Positions 18,668-28,160 are shown, counted from the first letter of the stretch. The stretch is 45,323 bases of DNA from a virus (IMGVR_UViG_3300028840_005170:1-45323); one strand, 5' to 3'. The notes: generated by a model from the letters alone, not told the origin. Program-made: numbers and translations.

Positions 18668-20266
18668 TCAAATCTCTTGGAGATGGACCTCGAGTTTTCT
18701 TGGCTGCCATGTGTGGAACCATTTCTTCTCAGGCATCCGTTCAACTACTTCCACGACCCGAAACTTTGCTCCCGGTCGAAACAGCACTTCTTGCTCACCG
18801 CGAAAGCCATCAATCCGTGTAATGTCCACGCCCGACTTCGACCGAATGTGAAGCACTGCTCCATAAGAATCTTCCGCAGCAAAAGCCCGAGCCACACTTT
18901 GTTTTTGCGAGGTCGCAGTGTGAGCCTTGAACCGATAACCCTTCCGGCTCACCTGCTTCCGAAATCGCTCGTATTTCGCCCTGGAGCTAAACGAGAGACC
19001 GCGGAATGTTTCACCCGTGTAGGGCTTCGCCCTAATCAGAGCTTGGTCCATGTTGCGGACCGTGTCTGCCATCCAGCCCCGCATCGGCTTGCCTTGGAGT
19101 TCGGTCTTTACAATCGACTCATAGGCAGTGTACTTCCAATCCTTGATGGCTTCTCGCTCGGCCCGCGTCAAGGACCCTCGCCATCGCGGACCGGCAAGCC
19201 GCTTATCCTTCGCAGCCTTCGTAGCCTGCGCGTGCTTCGCCACACCCTTGTCAAGGTCGCCGAGCTTCGCGGCGTGCTTCTGGCCCAGCAATTCCTTCAC
19301 CGAATGCTGGGCGACCTTCTGCGGTCCGAAGATTTCAGCCAGCTGACTCTTATTCAGCGTCGCCACATACTGCGACCACGTTCGCCGTTTCGTGTAGCCC
19401 TTCAAGGAAGCTCGCTCGGTCGTCGAGAGGTCGGGCCCCTTCAGGCCCAGCTCCTTGAAGGTCTTCGTGACCGGCAGATAAAGGCAGCGGCAATTCGGAT
19501 GCTGCGGGACAACGGGCTTCGTGTTGTCCTCGATGTTCCACTCGGTGCCATCTAGGTCACCGCAGACCTCGCACGTTCGCGTATCGAAAGTTGCCGTGTA
19601 GAGCAGGGCCTTGATGATGTCTTTGTTCGCTTGGTAAGCGGCTTCGGCAGCGGACGTCGTTACTCGCTGCACCTCGGTCCGCACCAAGCGGCTTGCCTCA
19701 TAGCCCGCCATTTTCATTTGTTTGCGGACACTGCGGGCGATTGGGGCCATGCCCTGCCCTTTGGAAATTCCGTGGGCAATCGTAGCTCGCACCTTCTTGG
19801 CTCGCGTCGGCGAAATCTTGTCGATGCGGGCTTTCCAGTTCTTGCCCTTCACTTTGCCAAAGACGATTGCCTCCGCGTCCTTCCGACGCATTGGCTTGTA
19901 GAGCACATTCGGAATCTTACTGTCGATTCCCTTGGCTTCTGCGACTCTCTGCAACCCGCCGGGCCAATGCTCGGCGAGAATCATCGTGACCTTCTCGTAG
20001 TCGGCTGCGAGCAAGGTCGTGAGTTCGTCTTCCAGATGCTCGGCTACCCACCGCGAAGCTTCGGCGAGCACCGCCTGCACCTTGGGCATCACTTCAGCGG
20101 CAGTGGCGCGGCCGCTTACGGCATCCCGAACAGCCTGCTCGAGGTCCTTGAAGTGATAGAGGTAAGCCCGCTGCACCCGCTGGGCTTCCTTCGTCTCGTA
20201 CCGCAACAGCTTGGCTCGCCACGCGAGCAGGTCAGCATGGATGCGGTCGGGAACGCTCTTCGCCAC
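18668..20266 (-). CDS. MuF/SPP1 gp7-like minor head protein with a C-terminal ADP-ribosyltransferase domain
   Basis: RLVRTE, ATFDTRTCEVCGDLDG, PQHPNCRC (MuF); then TFRG...HTATS...A..FA...GEQEVLFRPGAKFRV (R-S-ExE ART). Confidence 0.88.
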   Translation of the reverse strand: MAKSVPDRIHADLLAWRAKLLRYETKEAQRVQRAYLYHFKDLEQAVRDAVSGRATAAEVMPKVQAVLAEASRWVAEHLEDELTTLLAADYEKVTMILAEHWPGGLQRVAEAKGIDSKIPNVLYKPMRRKDAEAIVFGKVKGKNWKARIDKISPTRAKKVRATIAHGISKGQGMAPIARSVRKQMKMAGYEASRLVRTEVQRVTTSAAEAAYQANKDIIKALLYTATFDTRTCEVCGDLDGTEWNIEDNTKPVVPQHPNCRCLYLPVTKTFKELGLKGPDLSTTERASLKGYTKRRTWSQYVATLNKSQLAEIFGPQKVAQHSVKELLGQKHAAKLGDLDKGVAKHAQATKAAKDKRLAGPRWRGSLTRAEREAIKDWKYTAYESIVKTELQGKPMRGWMADTVRNMDQALIRAKPYTGETFRGLSFSSRAKYERFRKQVSRKGYRFKAHTATSQKQSVARAFAAEDSYGAVLHIRSKSGVDITRIDGFRGEQEVLFRPGAKFRVVEVVERMPEKKWFHTWQPRKLEVHLQEI

Positions 20267-20270
20267 ACGT

Positions 20271-20468
20271 TCAGACCCCAAACATCTTGAACAGAAAACC
20301 GCCACCCAAGCAAGCCATGACGCCAACTGCCACGCCCGCGATGAACACCAACCTTCGCCCGACCGGGCAGCCCTGCTGGTGAGCGTCAAGCATCTTGGGC
20401 ACAATCTCCGCTATCATTTCCGCAGCCACCGAAGCCACGATTGCTTTGTCGCCTTCACTCAGTGCCAT
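20271..20468 (-). CDS. Small membrane protein
   Basis: One C-terminal hydrophobic helix (LVFIAGVAVGVMACLGGGFLF). Confidence 0.6.
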   Translation of the reverse strand: MALSEGDKAIVASVAAEMIAEIVPKMLDAHQQGCPVGRRLVFIAGVAVGVMACLGGGFLFKMFGV

Positions 20469-20572
20469 TTCCAGTTCTCCACCTGGTCGCAACGCGTTGC
20501 TGCCAATCGCTCTAACGCCGCGGGCAGGTTTTCGCCCACCCGCGGCTCGCCCTGACCATCACCTCACTCGCA

Positions 20573-20803
20573 CTACGGAGGTGCGGGAGGCGGCCCGCCG
20601 GAATCGACCTTCTTCTCCACCCTCGCAATCGCCATCCGAATCGTGGCGGCCGAGATGCTCAACACGCCCAGGACAATGTCCATGATTGTGTCGAGCTTGT
20701 CTTCGGTCACCTCGATGCCGAACACGTTGCGGGCTGCCACGAAGAGCAGCACGAGAATGGAGACGATGAAGGTTTTCTTACCCGGTGCTAGGTCCACCGT
20801 CAT
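20573..20803 (-). CDS. Holin-like membrane protein
   Basis: 76 aa, two TM segments, GKKTFIV start, IRMAI before a charged C-terminus; SD AAGGAG. Confidence 0.65.
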   Translation of the reverse strand: MTVDLAPGKKTFIVSILVLLFVAARNVFGIEVTEDKLDTIMDIVLGVLSISAATIRMAIARVEKKVDSGGPPPAPP

Positions 20804-21014
20804 CGCCGTTCTCCTTCCTGCGGATGAACTCCGCCGCAGTTTCCTGGAACGACTCGTGGGCATCCTGAGCCGGTGCCTTCAGAGCCTCCAACTGCTCGGG
20901 CGAGAGCGGCACGCTCTTCGAGGCGAGCCACTTCGCCACCCAGTCGATGAGCAACGGAAGCAACAGCTGAACCACCGGACAGGTGCCGGCGTCTTTCTTG
21001 TCATCGTCAGCCAT
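20778..21014 (-). CDS. Hypothetical protein, 78 aa
   Basis: SD GAAGGA, overlaps both neighbours. Confidence 0.6.
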   Translation of the reverse strand: MADDDKKDAGTCPVVQLLLPLLIDWVAKWLASKSVPLSPEQLEALKAPAQDAHESFQETAAEFIRRKENGDDGGPSTG

Positions 21015-21378
21015 CGTCGTCCTTCTCCTTCCGTCGCATCAGAGCCTGGTTGAGCACTGCGAACTTCAACACGAATACCTTCTGGGCGGCGTCGAACTGT
21101 TGGGTATCGCCGACGAGAAGGGCGGCCTGCATCTTCAGTAAGGCATCCCACGCGTCGTTTTCGGCTGCCATCAGTTCCTTGACTACCGCCACGGAGTAGT
21201 CGCCGTTCTTCACCTTCGCTTTCAGCGCGTTGACGGTGAACGGATACCCCGAGAGGTACGTGCCGAGCTGTTGCGAACGACCCGCCGCGGGAGCGACGCA
21301 CCCGCAAAACCCGACGAGCAGCAGCCCCACGCAAAGCAGGACTGCCACCACTATCCCGAACTTGGTCCGCATCCACAC
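21007..21378 (-). CDS. Putative lipoprotein/exported protein
   Basis: Basic N-terminus, hydrophobic stretch, lipobox-like FCGC; SD AAGGAGG. Confidence 0.6.
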   Translation of the reverse strand: MWMRTKFGIVVAVLLCVGLLLVGFCGCVAPAAGRSQQLGTYLSGYPFTVNALKAKVKNGDYSVAVVKELMAAENDAWDALLKMQAALLVGDTQQFDAAQKVFVLKFAVLNQALMRRKEKDDDG

Positions 21379-21398
21379 CTCCTTTCTCTAGGCCTCGG

Positions 21399-21689
21399 TC
21401 ACGGCGTGGCCGGGGCAGCCTCGGTTTTCTTGCCCCATTTGTCTCGACCGATTCGCTTGAGGTACTTCTCTCGGTTGCCGACCTTGAGCCCGTCGTCCTT
21501 CGCCTTCTGCTCCAGGTCGCTCTGCGAACCGATGAACACCTTCATCCGCGAGGGATACGTCTTCTTATCGCCCGTCTTGCCCGCCACGAATGCGACGCTG
21601 GTATCACCGTCCACCAGCAAGACCGCTTCGCCCGCGGCGAGTTCTACCTGCTTCACGGTGATGCGTTTGGTGGTCGTGATTTCCCGCAT
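21399..21689 (-). CDS. Hypothetical protein, 96 aa
   Basis: SD AAGGAG before MREITTT. Confidence 0.7.
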   Translation of the reverse strand: MREITTTKRITVKQVELAAGEAVLLVDGDTSVAFVAGKTGDKKTYPSRMKVFIGSQSDLEQKAKDDGLKVGNREKYLKRIGRDKWGKKTEAAPATP

Positions 21690-21702
21690 CGTACTTCTCC
21701 TT

Positions 21703-22542
21703 CTAGTTCGTGTCGACCGTCCAGCCCTTGCCCTGCAGGCTCGTCTTGGCCGCAGCACCCGCACCCGTCGGTGCGGCGTGGGAACCAGTCAGGTCGCAGT
21801 AACCATTATTCACACCCGTCGCATCGAGGTCGATGAGGATGTTATTGATTTCCGCTGCCACCATTCCCACACCGACGCCAGCCCAAGAATAACATCCGTC
21901 AACCACGGAATCCTCCAGACCGTCGATACCTTCAAGGGCACGCGTGTCTGCGTAGAATCCAATCTGGGCCAACGCGGTGCAGCCTGCCACGTTCGGTCGC
22001 CCGCCGTCAACGGTATCACCACAGTCGAGAACCTCGAGGGCAGTCCAATCCTCGAAGTCGAGATAGTCGTTGCTGTCCAGCGGGCAATACTGAATGCCAC
22101 AGTTCTCGCAGACCGTCGGAGCCGTGCTCGGGAACTTGATTTTCGTGCAAGCCGCGCCGTAGAAGTTGTAGCCCTTCAACGCCGTCAGCGAGCTTATGTC
22201 ACACTCATCGCCCCAACCCGAACACCACGCGAAAGCCGGGAACCACATGTATGCCGTGAACTCATCGTAATATCCGACGAGCCCCGAGCCATCATCGATG
22301 TGATAGCCGTCGAGCGACCCAGTGCTTCCACCGCCCGGCCCGAAATCCACGTCATTCCGAACATCGGTCACGGCCGGCAATTCCACGTTGCCCTCAGTAT
22401 CATCCACGTCGATACCGTCGAGCACCTGTGCGGCAGTCGGGACCGCGCAAGTTCCGGTCACCGCCCCGACCACGACGTCTTTTCGGAGGTCACTCGCGAG
22501 CGGCGGCGGGCTCGCCGGCGGTGCGTAGAAGTATCCGCTCAT
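21703..22542 (-). CDS. Fibre/appendage-like protein with short N-terminal repeats and LRR-like C-terminus
   Basis: Repeats ASDLRKDV/AAQVLDGI/VTDVRNDV; WTALEVLDC, CTALAQI; ends INNILIDL...KGWTV. Confidence 0.5.
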   Translation of the reverse strand: MSGYFYAPPASPPPLASDLRKDVVVGAVTGTCAVPTAAQVLDGIDVDDTEGNVELPAVTDVRNDVDFGPGGGSTGSLDGYHIDDGSGLVGYYDEFTAYMWFPAFAWCSGWGDECDISSLTALKGYNFYGAACTKIKFPSTAPTVCENCGIQYCPLDSNDYLDFEDWTALEVLDCGDTVDGGRPNVAGCTALAQIGFYADTRALEGIDGLEDSVVDGCYSWAGVGVGMVAAEINNILIDLDATGVNNGYCDLTGSHAAPTGAGAAAKTSLQGKGWTVDTN

Positions 22543-22544
22543 GG

Positions 22545-22967
22545 CTAGCCCTCCTGAATGACCGTAATCTTGACATCTTCGTCGTCGTCCCGAATCACCG
22601 TGATGGTGTCAGCGACAGCCTTGTTACAATCCCACGTGTACACGCCAGGTTGCAGGAGCTGGCTCCCCGCCACCGCTGCTCCGCCCATATTGATACCGAT
22701 GGCATCGCTGTCGCCATTCGGATTCACAATGAGCGTGAGACGAGCGAGCGAGGCCGAGAAAGTCACGCTCGCCGAGAGCAGACTCGATGCGACGGCCGCG
22801 ACATGCTGGTCGATGTTGAGGATGTTCCGAGCAGCCTCACTCGAAGCCACAAGGAGCTTACCATTCGCATCGACCGTGAGCCACGTCTGGGCACCGGCTG
22901 CGGTGAGCGCGGCGAGCAGATTCCTCAGTGGCACTCGGGCTGCGTTCTCAGTAGACGGCTCCGCCAT
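22545..22967 (-). CDS. Hypothetical (probably structural) protein, 140 aa
   Basis: TAATG coupling, SD AAGGGAG, beta-rich C-half. Confidence 0.6.
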   Translation of the reverse strand: MAEPSTENAARVPLRNLLAALTAAGAQTWLTVDANGKLLVASSEAARNILNIDQHVAAVASSLLSASVTFSASLARLTLIVNPNGDSDAIGINMGGAAVAGSQLLQPGVYTWDCNKAVADTITVIRDDDEDVKITVIQEG

Positions 22968-23254
22968 TAGAGAACTCCCTTCTCAGTAAGGACGCGCTCC
23001 AGCAGGAGAATCGCGTCGGTGGCAACCTCTTTCGGGACCTTACCTCGCCGCCAATAGCGGTCGAAATCCCGCACGACGACCGAGGATTCAAAGGAAGCCA
23101 TGCCGGTCCCTTCGGGCACCAGCCGCTCGGCTTCGTCGAATACCTCGTGCTCGTCCTCGATATCCTCATCGTTCGGTTCGGCGAGCGGGGGCGGCGTCCA
23201 GTCGGCTTCCTCAACCCGCCGCAGCAGCCGCAGGAGTGGATTCGGCTCCGGCAT
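22967..23254 (-). CDS. Hypothetical acidic protein, 95 aa
   Basis: SD GAGGAG before MPEPNPLL. Confidence 0.55.
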   Translation of the reverse strand: MPEPNPLLRLLRRVEEADWTPPPLAEPNDEDIEDEHEVFDEAERLVPEGTGMASFESSVVVRDFDRYWRRGKVPKEVATDAILLLERVLTEKGVL

Positions 23255-24644
23255 TTTTCGTCTCCTCATCTTCGGGCGGCGTCGGGTTCTCGGGCGGGCG
23301 ACCGCCGCGCACATCCGTGTCGCCCACGCCCAGCTCTTCACCTTCCTCTTCACCACGTTCCCGAGCCATCACCTCAGGGTCCACGCCCTCTCGTCGCTGC
23401 CATTCACGACGAGAGATGGCTTCGTTATCGTAGAGCGTTTCGTTCGCCCGCGTCTCGTCGAGGATTTCGCGGGACTTGATTCGCGGAGCGGCGACCTCGA
23501 CCACGTCCAGGTTCTCGTCGCCCTTCCAGCCACTCAGGGACATCCACTCCAGCACGCGCAGACAGTCGCTCTTGAACCGCTTCTCAAAATACGATTGGAA
23601 TGACTCGAACTCGACGACGGCGGGGCCCTCGCTCACCAATGCCGAAGCATAGGCGTTGTTCGCGGCATCTCCCGTCACCATGTACTCCGCGAGCCCGGTG
23701 CTCGCCGCGAGCGTTAGCAGGAGAGCCCGGCCGTCGTAACGAGCGTCTCGGGCATCGATGTTCGGTCGCTTGAACTCAAGGTCCTCTTCACCGTGGAGGT
23801 CGAACACTTGAGCCCCTCGCCACCGCTCTTGGTCCACGGTAGTGTCGTCCTTGCGAGGGTCGATGGTCTGGCTGCCCGCGTTCTTGCGTGAGGCCAGCCA
23901 TGACTGCACTTGAGCTTTCGATTTTCGCGGATGCTTTCGCACCATCGCGACGGCGGTTCGCAACCGATTCAACTTGATGCGGTCGTCGAGCCATGCCCGA
24001 TACGATTTCGCGTTCATGGCAATCAGCCAGAACCAAGGCCACGAGCGGCCACAGCCCATCTCGTCGTCTGTGCGATACCACGTCACCTCATCGGCAGGAA
24101 TCTCCCCGAAATTCTGATGGAGATAGGACTCAGGCTGCTCAGGGTCGTCAGGGTTGGGCTTGACGCCCTCCTTGTAAGCCGATGCGAGCGACACGTTGTT
24201 GTTGTTTATCAGCAAGGGGTCGAGAAATCGGGGAAGCAACATGCCATTATGCTGTTGCCACCACACCATCACCTCACCATCTCGCAACGCCCTTTTCACG
24301 ATGAGCTTCTGGCGACCGGGCCAGTCGTTCAGTTCTGCCCACTGGTTCCACCTGGTCTGCAACTGAGCATCCTTCAGATTGAAGGCGAATCCCGCGCGGG
24401 CGATGTACTTCACATAGGTGCGGAGAATCCCGCGGACGTGGGTGTTGGTCTTGACCAGCTTGCGGATATACTTTACGATTTGCGTTCGCTGTTGCGGAGT
24501 CTCGCCCTCCATTTTCAACAGCTGCGTGAGCGTCATTCCGACTGGCAGGTCGGGGTCGGCCTCCGCATACTTGAGCACATCCGCTTCGAGCAGGTCAAGG
24601 AACCGCTGTTCCAGGTCTTGCTTTCGGTCAGAGAAGGGCCACAT
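23211..24644 (-). CDS. Portal protein (lambda-like family)
   Basis: ~477 aa; ALRDGEVMV, RFLDPLLI, LAASTGLAEYMVTGDAANNAYAS, ISRREW; follows the terminase block. Confidence 0.85.
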   Translation of the reverse strand: MWPFSDRKQDLEQRFLDLLEADVLKYAEADPDLPVGMTLTQLLKMEGETPQQRTQIVKYIRKLVKTNTHVRGILRTYVKYIARAGFAFNLKDAQLQTRWNQWAELNDWPGRQKLIVKRALRDGEVMVWWQQHNGMLLPRFLDPLLINNNNVSLASAYKEGVKPNPDDPEQPESYLHQNFGEIPADEVTWYRTDDEMGCGRSWPWFWLIAMNAKSYRAWLDDRIKLNRLRTAVAMVRKHPRKSKAQVQSWLASRKNAGSQTIDPRKDDTTVDQERWRGAQVFDLHGEEDLEFKRPNIDARDARYDGRALLLTLAASTGLAEYMVTGDAANNAYASALVSEGPAVVEFESFQSYFEKRFKSDCLRVLEWMSLSGWKGDENLDVVEVAAPRIKSREILDETRANETLYDNEAISRREWQRREGVDPEVMARERGEEEGEELGVGDTDVRGGRPPENPTPPEDEETKNAGAESTPAAAAAG

Positions 24645-25273
24645 TAGAGTTTGTACCCCATAATGGTATCGCCACACTTGAGCCGAAAGTGGGCTCGCAC
24701 CGAAGGCGGCACGGTAGCAGGCGTGCAAGCCCCGTCGCCAGGGTCCCAGCCCACTCTCGGGAGATTCACATCCAGCTCCTGCGTTATCAAGAGCCCGAAT
24801 CGTTCTTGCAACCGCCAGAGCACATCGGTCGCGTCGTCGAGTAGCTCCTCGTAGGTGACCAGCTCGACCTGCTCGTGGCCCATGAAAGAGCCCACGTGCC
24901 CGAGCCAGAACTCACACATCGGGAGCGCGGCATCGTATATCCACGAAAGCCCGGCCGCTCTCGCGTCGAGGTGCATCCATTCCTCAAAGGGCTGCGGTGC
25001 TCGGACGTGTCGATACAGCGACCGAAACACGTCGTAGGGATGTCGCACAATGTAGATGCACTCGCTCGGCTCCTCTTGAAATCCGAAAAGCCCATGCCCA
25101 CCGAAGAGGTGGTGCCACGGGCACTTTCCATCTGGCCCTGCCCAGACGTTCTCCCCGGGCGCGGCCGTATGCCGAACCGGCTGCGTGTTCGGGGCATCGC
25201 CCAGCTTGAAGTTCGTCCACAGCAGGGCCATCAGCCAATGCGTACCGCTGCGGGGGAAGCTCCTAACTTTCAA
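24644..25273 (-). CDS. PAPS-dependent sulfotransferase
   Basis: 5'-PSB SFPRSGTHWL, 3'-PB IYIVRHPYDVFRSLY, VTYEEL. Confidence 0.88.
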   Translation of the reverse strand: MKVRSFPRSGTHWLMALLWTNFKLGDAPNTQPVRHTAAPGENVWAGPDGKCPWHHLFGGHGLFGFQEEPSECIYIVRHPYDVFRSLYRHVRAPQPFEEWMHLDARAAGLSWIYDAALPMCEFWLGHVGSFMGHEQVELVTYEELLDDATDVLWRLQERFGLLITQELDVNLPRVGWDPGDGACTPATVPPSVRAHFRLKCGDTIMGYKL

Positions 25274-25496
25274 GGCACACGGTCCTAATCACGGGGCCTT
25301 CCCTCAGCGGGCAAAGGTCGGGCACCTCGGTCTCCGTCAAGCCATAGTGGCATGTGATTCCCGTCAGGTCGCAGTAGCTCACATGCCCTTGAGTCTTCCA
25401 GAAGGGGCAATGGCCCTCGACCTTTTCACGATGGTGGGCTTCCATCTGCCCGGTATTGGGAGCCCACGATTCCTCAACTCTTATGCGGTCGCTCAT
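25263..25496 (-). CDS. Small Cys-rich hypothetical protein
   Basis: HCPFW..YCDLTGITC..PDLCPL; SD GGAG. Confidence 0.6.
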   Translation of the reverse strand: MSDRIRVEESWAPNTGQMEAHHREKVEGHCPFWKTQGHVSYCDLTGITCHYGLTETEVPDLCPLREGPVIRTVCLES

Positions 25497-26031
25497 CGGG
25501 CTTCTCCAGCATCCACGAGGAGCAAGCCAGACCCTTGTGAATCGGCAGACCAACCTCCGCTTCCCACTCGTCGATAGCCCTTCGCAAACCGCGATATGTG
25601 TTCGCCGAGCTGTAATGCTCTGGCGTTCGGTAGTCGTGCCCCGCGAATATCCCGCCGGGCTTCACACGTGGCCACCACGCTCGCAGGTCGTCGTAGACCG
25701 GTTGGTAATTGTGGTCTGCGTCGATGTAGACGAAATCAAACTGCCGACCCTCTCGGGCGAATCGCAGCGCGGCTGTTACCGATGTCATTTCGCAGAACAG
25801 CACCTCGAACGGCTGCTGGCTCGCCCAGAACTTCAGCATCCGAAGCGTGTCTTCGGTAGAGCCGCACTCACCTAGCCATACATCCACGGACACAAGCAGC
25901 CGAGGCTCTGCCTGGGCTAGCTGTTTTAGATGTGTGCCATTCCCATTCCCGACCTCAACGATGCTCTCCACGCCGCGCGACCGCAGCAGGAAGGGCAACT
26001 CATTGCGGTGCGTGACCTCGGTCAGTCTCAC
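25474..26031 (-). CDS. Class I SAM-dependent O-methyltransferase (Methyltransf_24-like)
   Basis: IVEVG, SVDVW, FDFVYIDADHNY, KPGGIFAGHDY; GTGA coupling to the TerL stop. Confidence 0.9.
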   Translation of the reverse strand: MRLTEVTHRNELPFLLRSRGVESIVEVGNGNGTHLKQLAQAEPRLLVSVDVWLGECGSTEDTLRMLKFWASQQPFEVLFCEMTSVTAALRFAREGRQFDFVYIDADHNYQPVYDDLRAWWPRVKPGGIFAGHDYRTPEHYSSANTYRGLRRAIDEWEAEVGLPIHKGLACSSWMLEKPDERPHKS

Positions 26032-27380
26032 GTCAGCAACCTCACTTGAGCCCACAGATTCATTACCAGCGCGTCAGCGTCATCGGGCGAGCGGCCGAGG
26101 GCCTTCTTGAGTTTCTCCTTCGGCTCCACGAAGAGTCGCTGCGAGGAGGGCTGGAAGAAGTACTTGATTCGCGGTAGCTGGTGCTCCCAACACGGGTCGT
26201 CGTCAAGGGAAACCGCTTCACTCACGCGACTCGCCAGCCAATACGCTTCGGCTCTACAGTTGCCGAATTCAATGTCGTCCGATGGCTCGCCCCAAGGCTT
26301 CTTGGCTCCATTGAAGGAATGCACGTGCTTGCCCATCTCGTTGAGCTTATCCGCCACGCCCGTCCCGATGCAATCGTCTACCACGTAGAGGTCCACGAAT
26401 TGCATCACCGCGAGAGCCCCATTGACGATGATGCGGGTGTCGCTCTTCGGGAACTGCTTGTGAGCAACTACCCGCCCGCCATCCATCGCCAACACGACCG
26501 CCGCATCGTCACCGAATCGAGCGGCGTCGATGCTCACCACCTTGGGCCCGCCCTCTTGGGCGAGCGGGCGGTCGACCATGGCTCGCACCTCGGTCGGTGT
26601 CCAGAAGGTATCGAGGGCATGGCTCGGGAAAAGGCCGCGAACACGAGCCTGATAGAGCATGTGATGTTCGCCCCATCGCTGCCGCTTATCCTCCACCCAC
26701 TTGAGCGTCACCGCCCCGGGAATTCCCTCCTCACCCGATGTCACATTCGGGTGCTCTAGGGCATCCAGATGGATTACCTCCACGCTGCCATCCGTGGTCT
26801 CGCAGGCATCGTAGAAGCGGCCGACGGGCACCAGCGGGTTGCCAATCATCATTAGCACCGACCGCTGCCCCGTGATGTTCCCATCAATGGCCTCATAGAG
26901 GTCGTCAGGGAAGCCATTGGCCTCATCGACGATGACGAGAAGGATGGGCGCGTGAAAGCCCTGGATGTTCTGCTGGTCGTCGGTCGAGAATCCAAGAATC
27001 ATGTTCTTGGAACCTGGGCGACGCTCAGCCTTGACTGTCAAAAAGCGACCGGGTATCGGGCGGCCAGTGGCTTTCGCCCGATGGCAATGGCCATGAATCT
27101 CCTTCCACAGAAGCTCACGCACCTGCCTACCCGTGGGCGCGGTCGTGACGACGGTGGCTCGGTATTCCTCATACGCGAACAACGCAGCGGCAGCCGAGAT
27201 GCTCGTCTTACCTACCCCATTGCCAGAGTGCACTGCGATGATGGTCGGGCCCGAGCCATCAAGGGCCCTCCCCACCGCTCGCATCACCTTCGCTTGCCCT
27301 ATCCACGGGTTGAATCTCAGGCGTGTCCTCGAATACATCGTCGGGTCCGCTCGGAACAGCTCCCGATTCCGCAGACCCAT
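26028..27380 (-). CDS. terL: Terminase large subunit
   Basis: Walker A SGNGVGKT, Walker B LVIVDEA, IGNP, nuclease SIDAARFGDD, RSPDDADAL. Confidence 0.93.
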   Translation of the reverse strand: MGLRNRELFRADPTMYSRTRLRFNPWIGQAKVMRAVGRALDGSGPTIIAVHSGNGVGKTSISAAAALFAYEEYRATVVTTAPTGRQVRELLWKEIHGHCHRAKATGRPIPGRFLTVKAERRPGSKNMILGFSTDDQQNIQGFHAPILLVIVDEANGFPDDLYEAIDGNITGQRSVLMMIGNPLVPVGRFYDACETTDGSVEVIHLDALEHPNVTSGEEGIPGAVTLKWVEDKRQRWGEHHMLYQARVRGLFPSHALDTFWTPTEVRAMVDRPLAQEGGPKVVSIDAARFGDDAAVVLAMDGGRVVAHKQFPKSDTRIIVNGALAVMQFVDLYVVDDCIGTGVADKLNEMGKHVHSFNGAKKPWGEPSDDIEFGNCRAEAYWLASRVSEAVSLDDDPCWEHQLPRIKYFFQPSSQRLFVEPKEKLKKALGRSPDDADALVMNLWAQVRLLT

Positions 27381-28053
27381 CGCCTCCGTCCTCAGGCCTT
27401 TGGCCAGGTCGTAGCACAATGAGTCCTTCAACCTCATTCGCAAGAGCCTCCAGCACTGCTGGGTCCTTCACATGCCGACGAACCGCCTCCAGTATCTGCG
27501 AGGTGACCGCATAGAGGTCGGCGGCCGAAAGCGTGGCTTCCAAGCGTTGCTCGACGCGGGCCATCTGCTCCACGAGGTTCCCGACGTCTTTCACGAAGAC
27601 CTGCACCGTGGCAATCTGCCGCGCCTCGAGGTCTGCAAGTTCCACGGTGCCGAGCTTCTCCAGACACGCGGCGGTGAACGCTCGGGCGAGAGCAATCTCG
27701 TCGGTGAGGTCCTTGATATCGTCCGCTTCCAGCTCCTTCTCGTATAGAGCCTTCAGCGTTTCCGATTTCAAGTGCCCCGTGTAGCGGCCTCGCATCAGAT
27801 TCCTCCGACCATTTCTCACATGCCCGCCGTGCTTGCGACAGCGCGTCGAGCCCGCAACGGCCCAGTTGCGACAACGTTCGCCCGTGGCTGAACACGTTGA
27901 ACTGCAACGCTGGCCCCACGCGGTCGATTTTCGCGGCGTCGGGAAATCTCGGTCGTCGGCCACGAGCCTACGTCGGTTGCCCGCTGAAATCGCGTCGCGG
28001 TCCTTCTCCGCTCTCGGGCCTCGAGGCTTGTGTGGGTATTGGCCTCTTGGCAT
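27259..28053 (-). CDS. terS: Terminase small subunit (HGGxSTG-like Cys/His domain)
   Basis: RCSSTCSATGERCRNWAV..RCRKHGG, helical oligomerisation region, directly upstream of TerL. Confidence 0.7.
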   Translation of the reverse strand: MPRGQYPHKPRGPRAEKDRDAISAGNRRRLVADDRDFPTPRKSTAWGQRCSSTCSATGERCRNWAVAGSTRCRKHGGHVRNGRRNLMRGRYTGHLKSETLKALYEKELEADDIKDLTDEIALARAFTAACLEKLGTVELADLEARQIATVQVFVKDVGNLVEQMARVEQRLEATLSAADLYAVTSQILEAVRRHVKDPAVLEALANEVEGLIVLRPGQRPEDGGDGSAESGAVPSGPDDVFEDTPEIQPVDRASEGDASGGEGP

Positions 28054-28160
28054 TGGCGATTACCTCACGCATCTCTCGGGCGATGGCGGGCGTCAAGCGG
28101 ACGAGCAAACACATTCCAGTTCTCCGGAAAAGGCGAGTCGAGGCTCGCATCTCTGAGCAG

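Noticed and set aside
27259-27443. Long terS/terL overlap as a special feature
   Set aside because: It shrinks to ~120 nt with the SD-supported start at 27380 and encodes a disordered acidic tail; such overlaps are common
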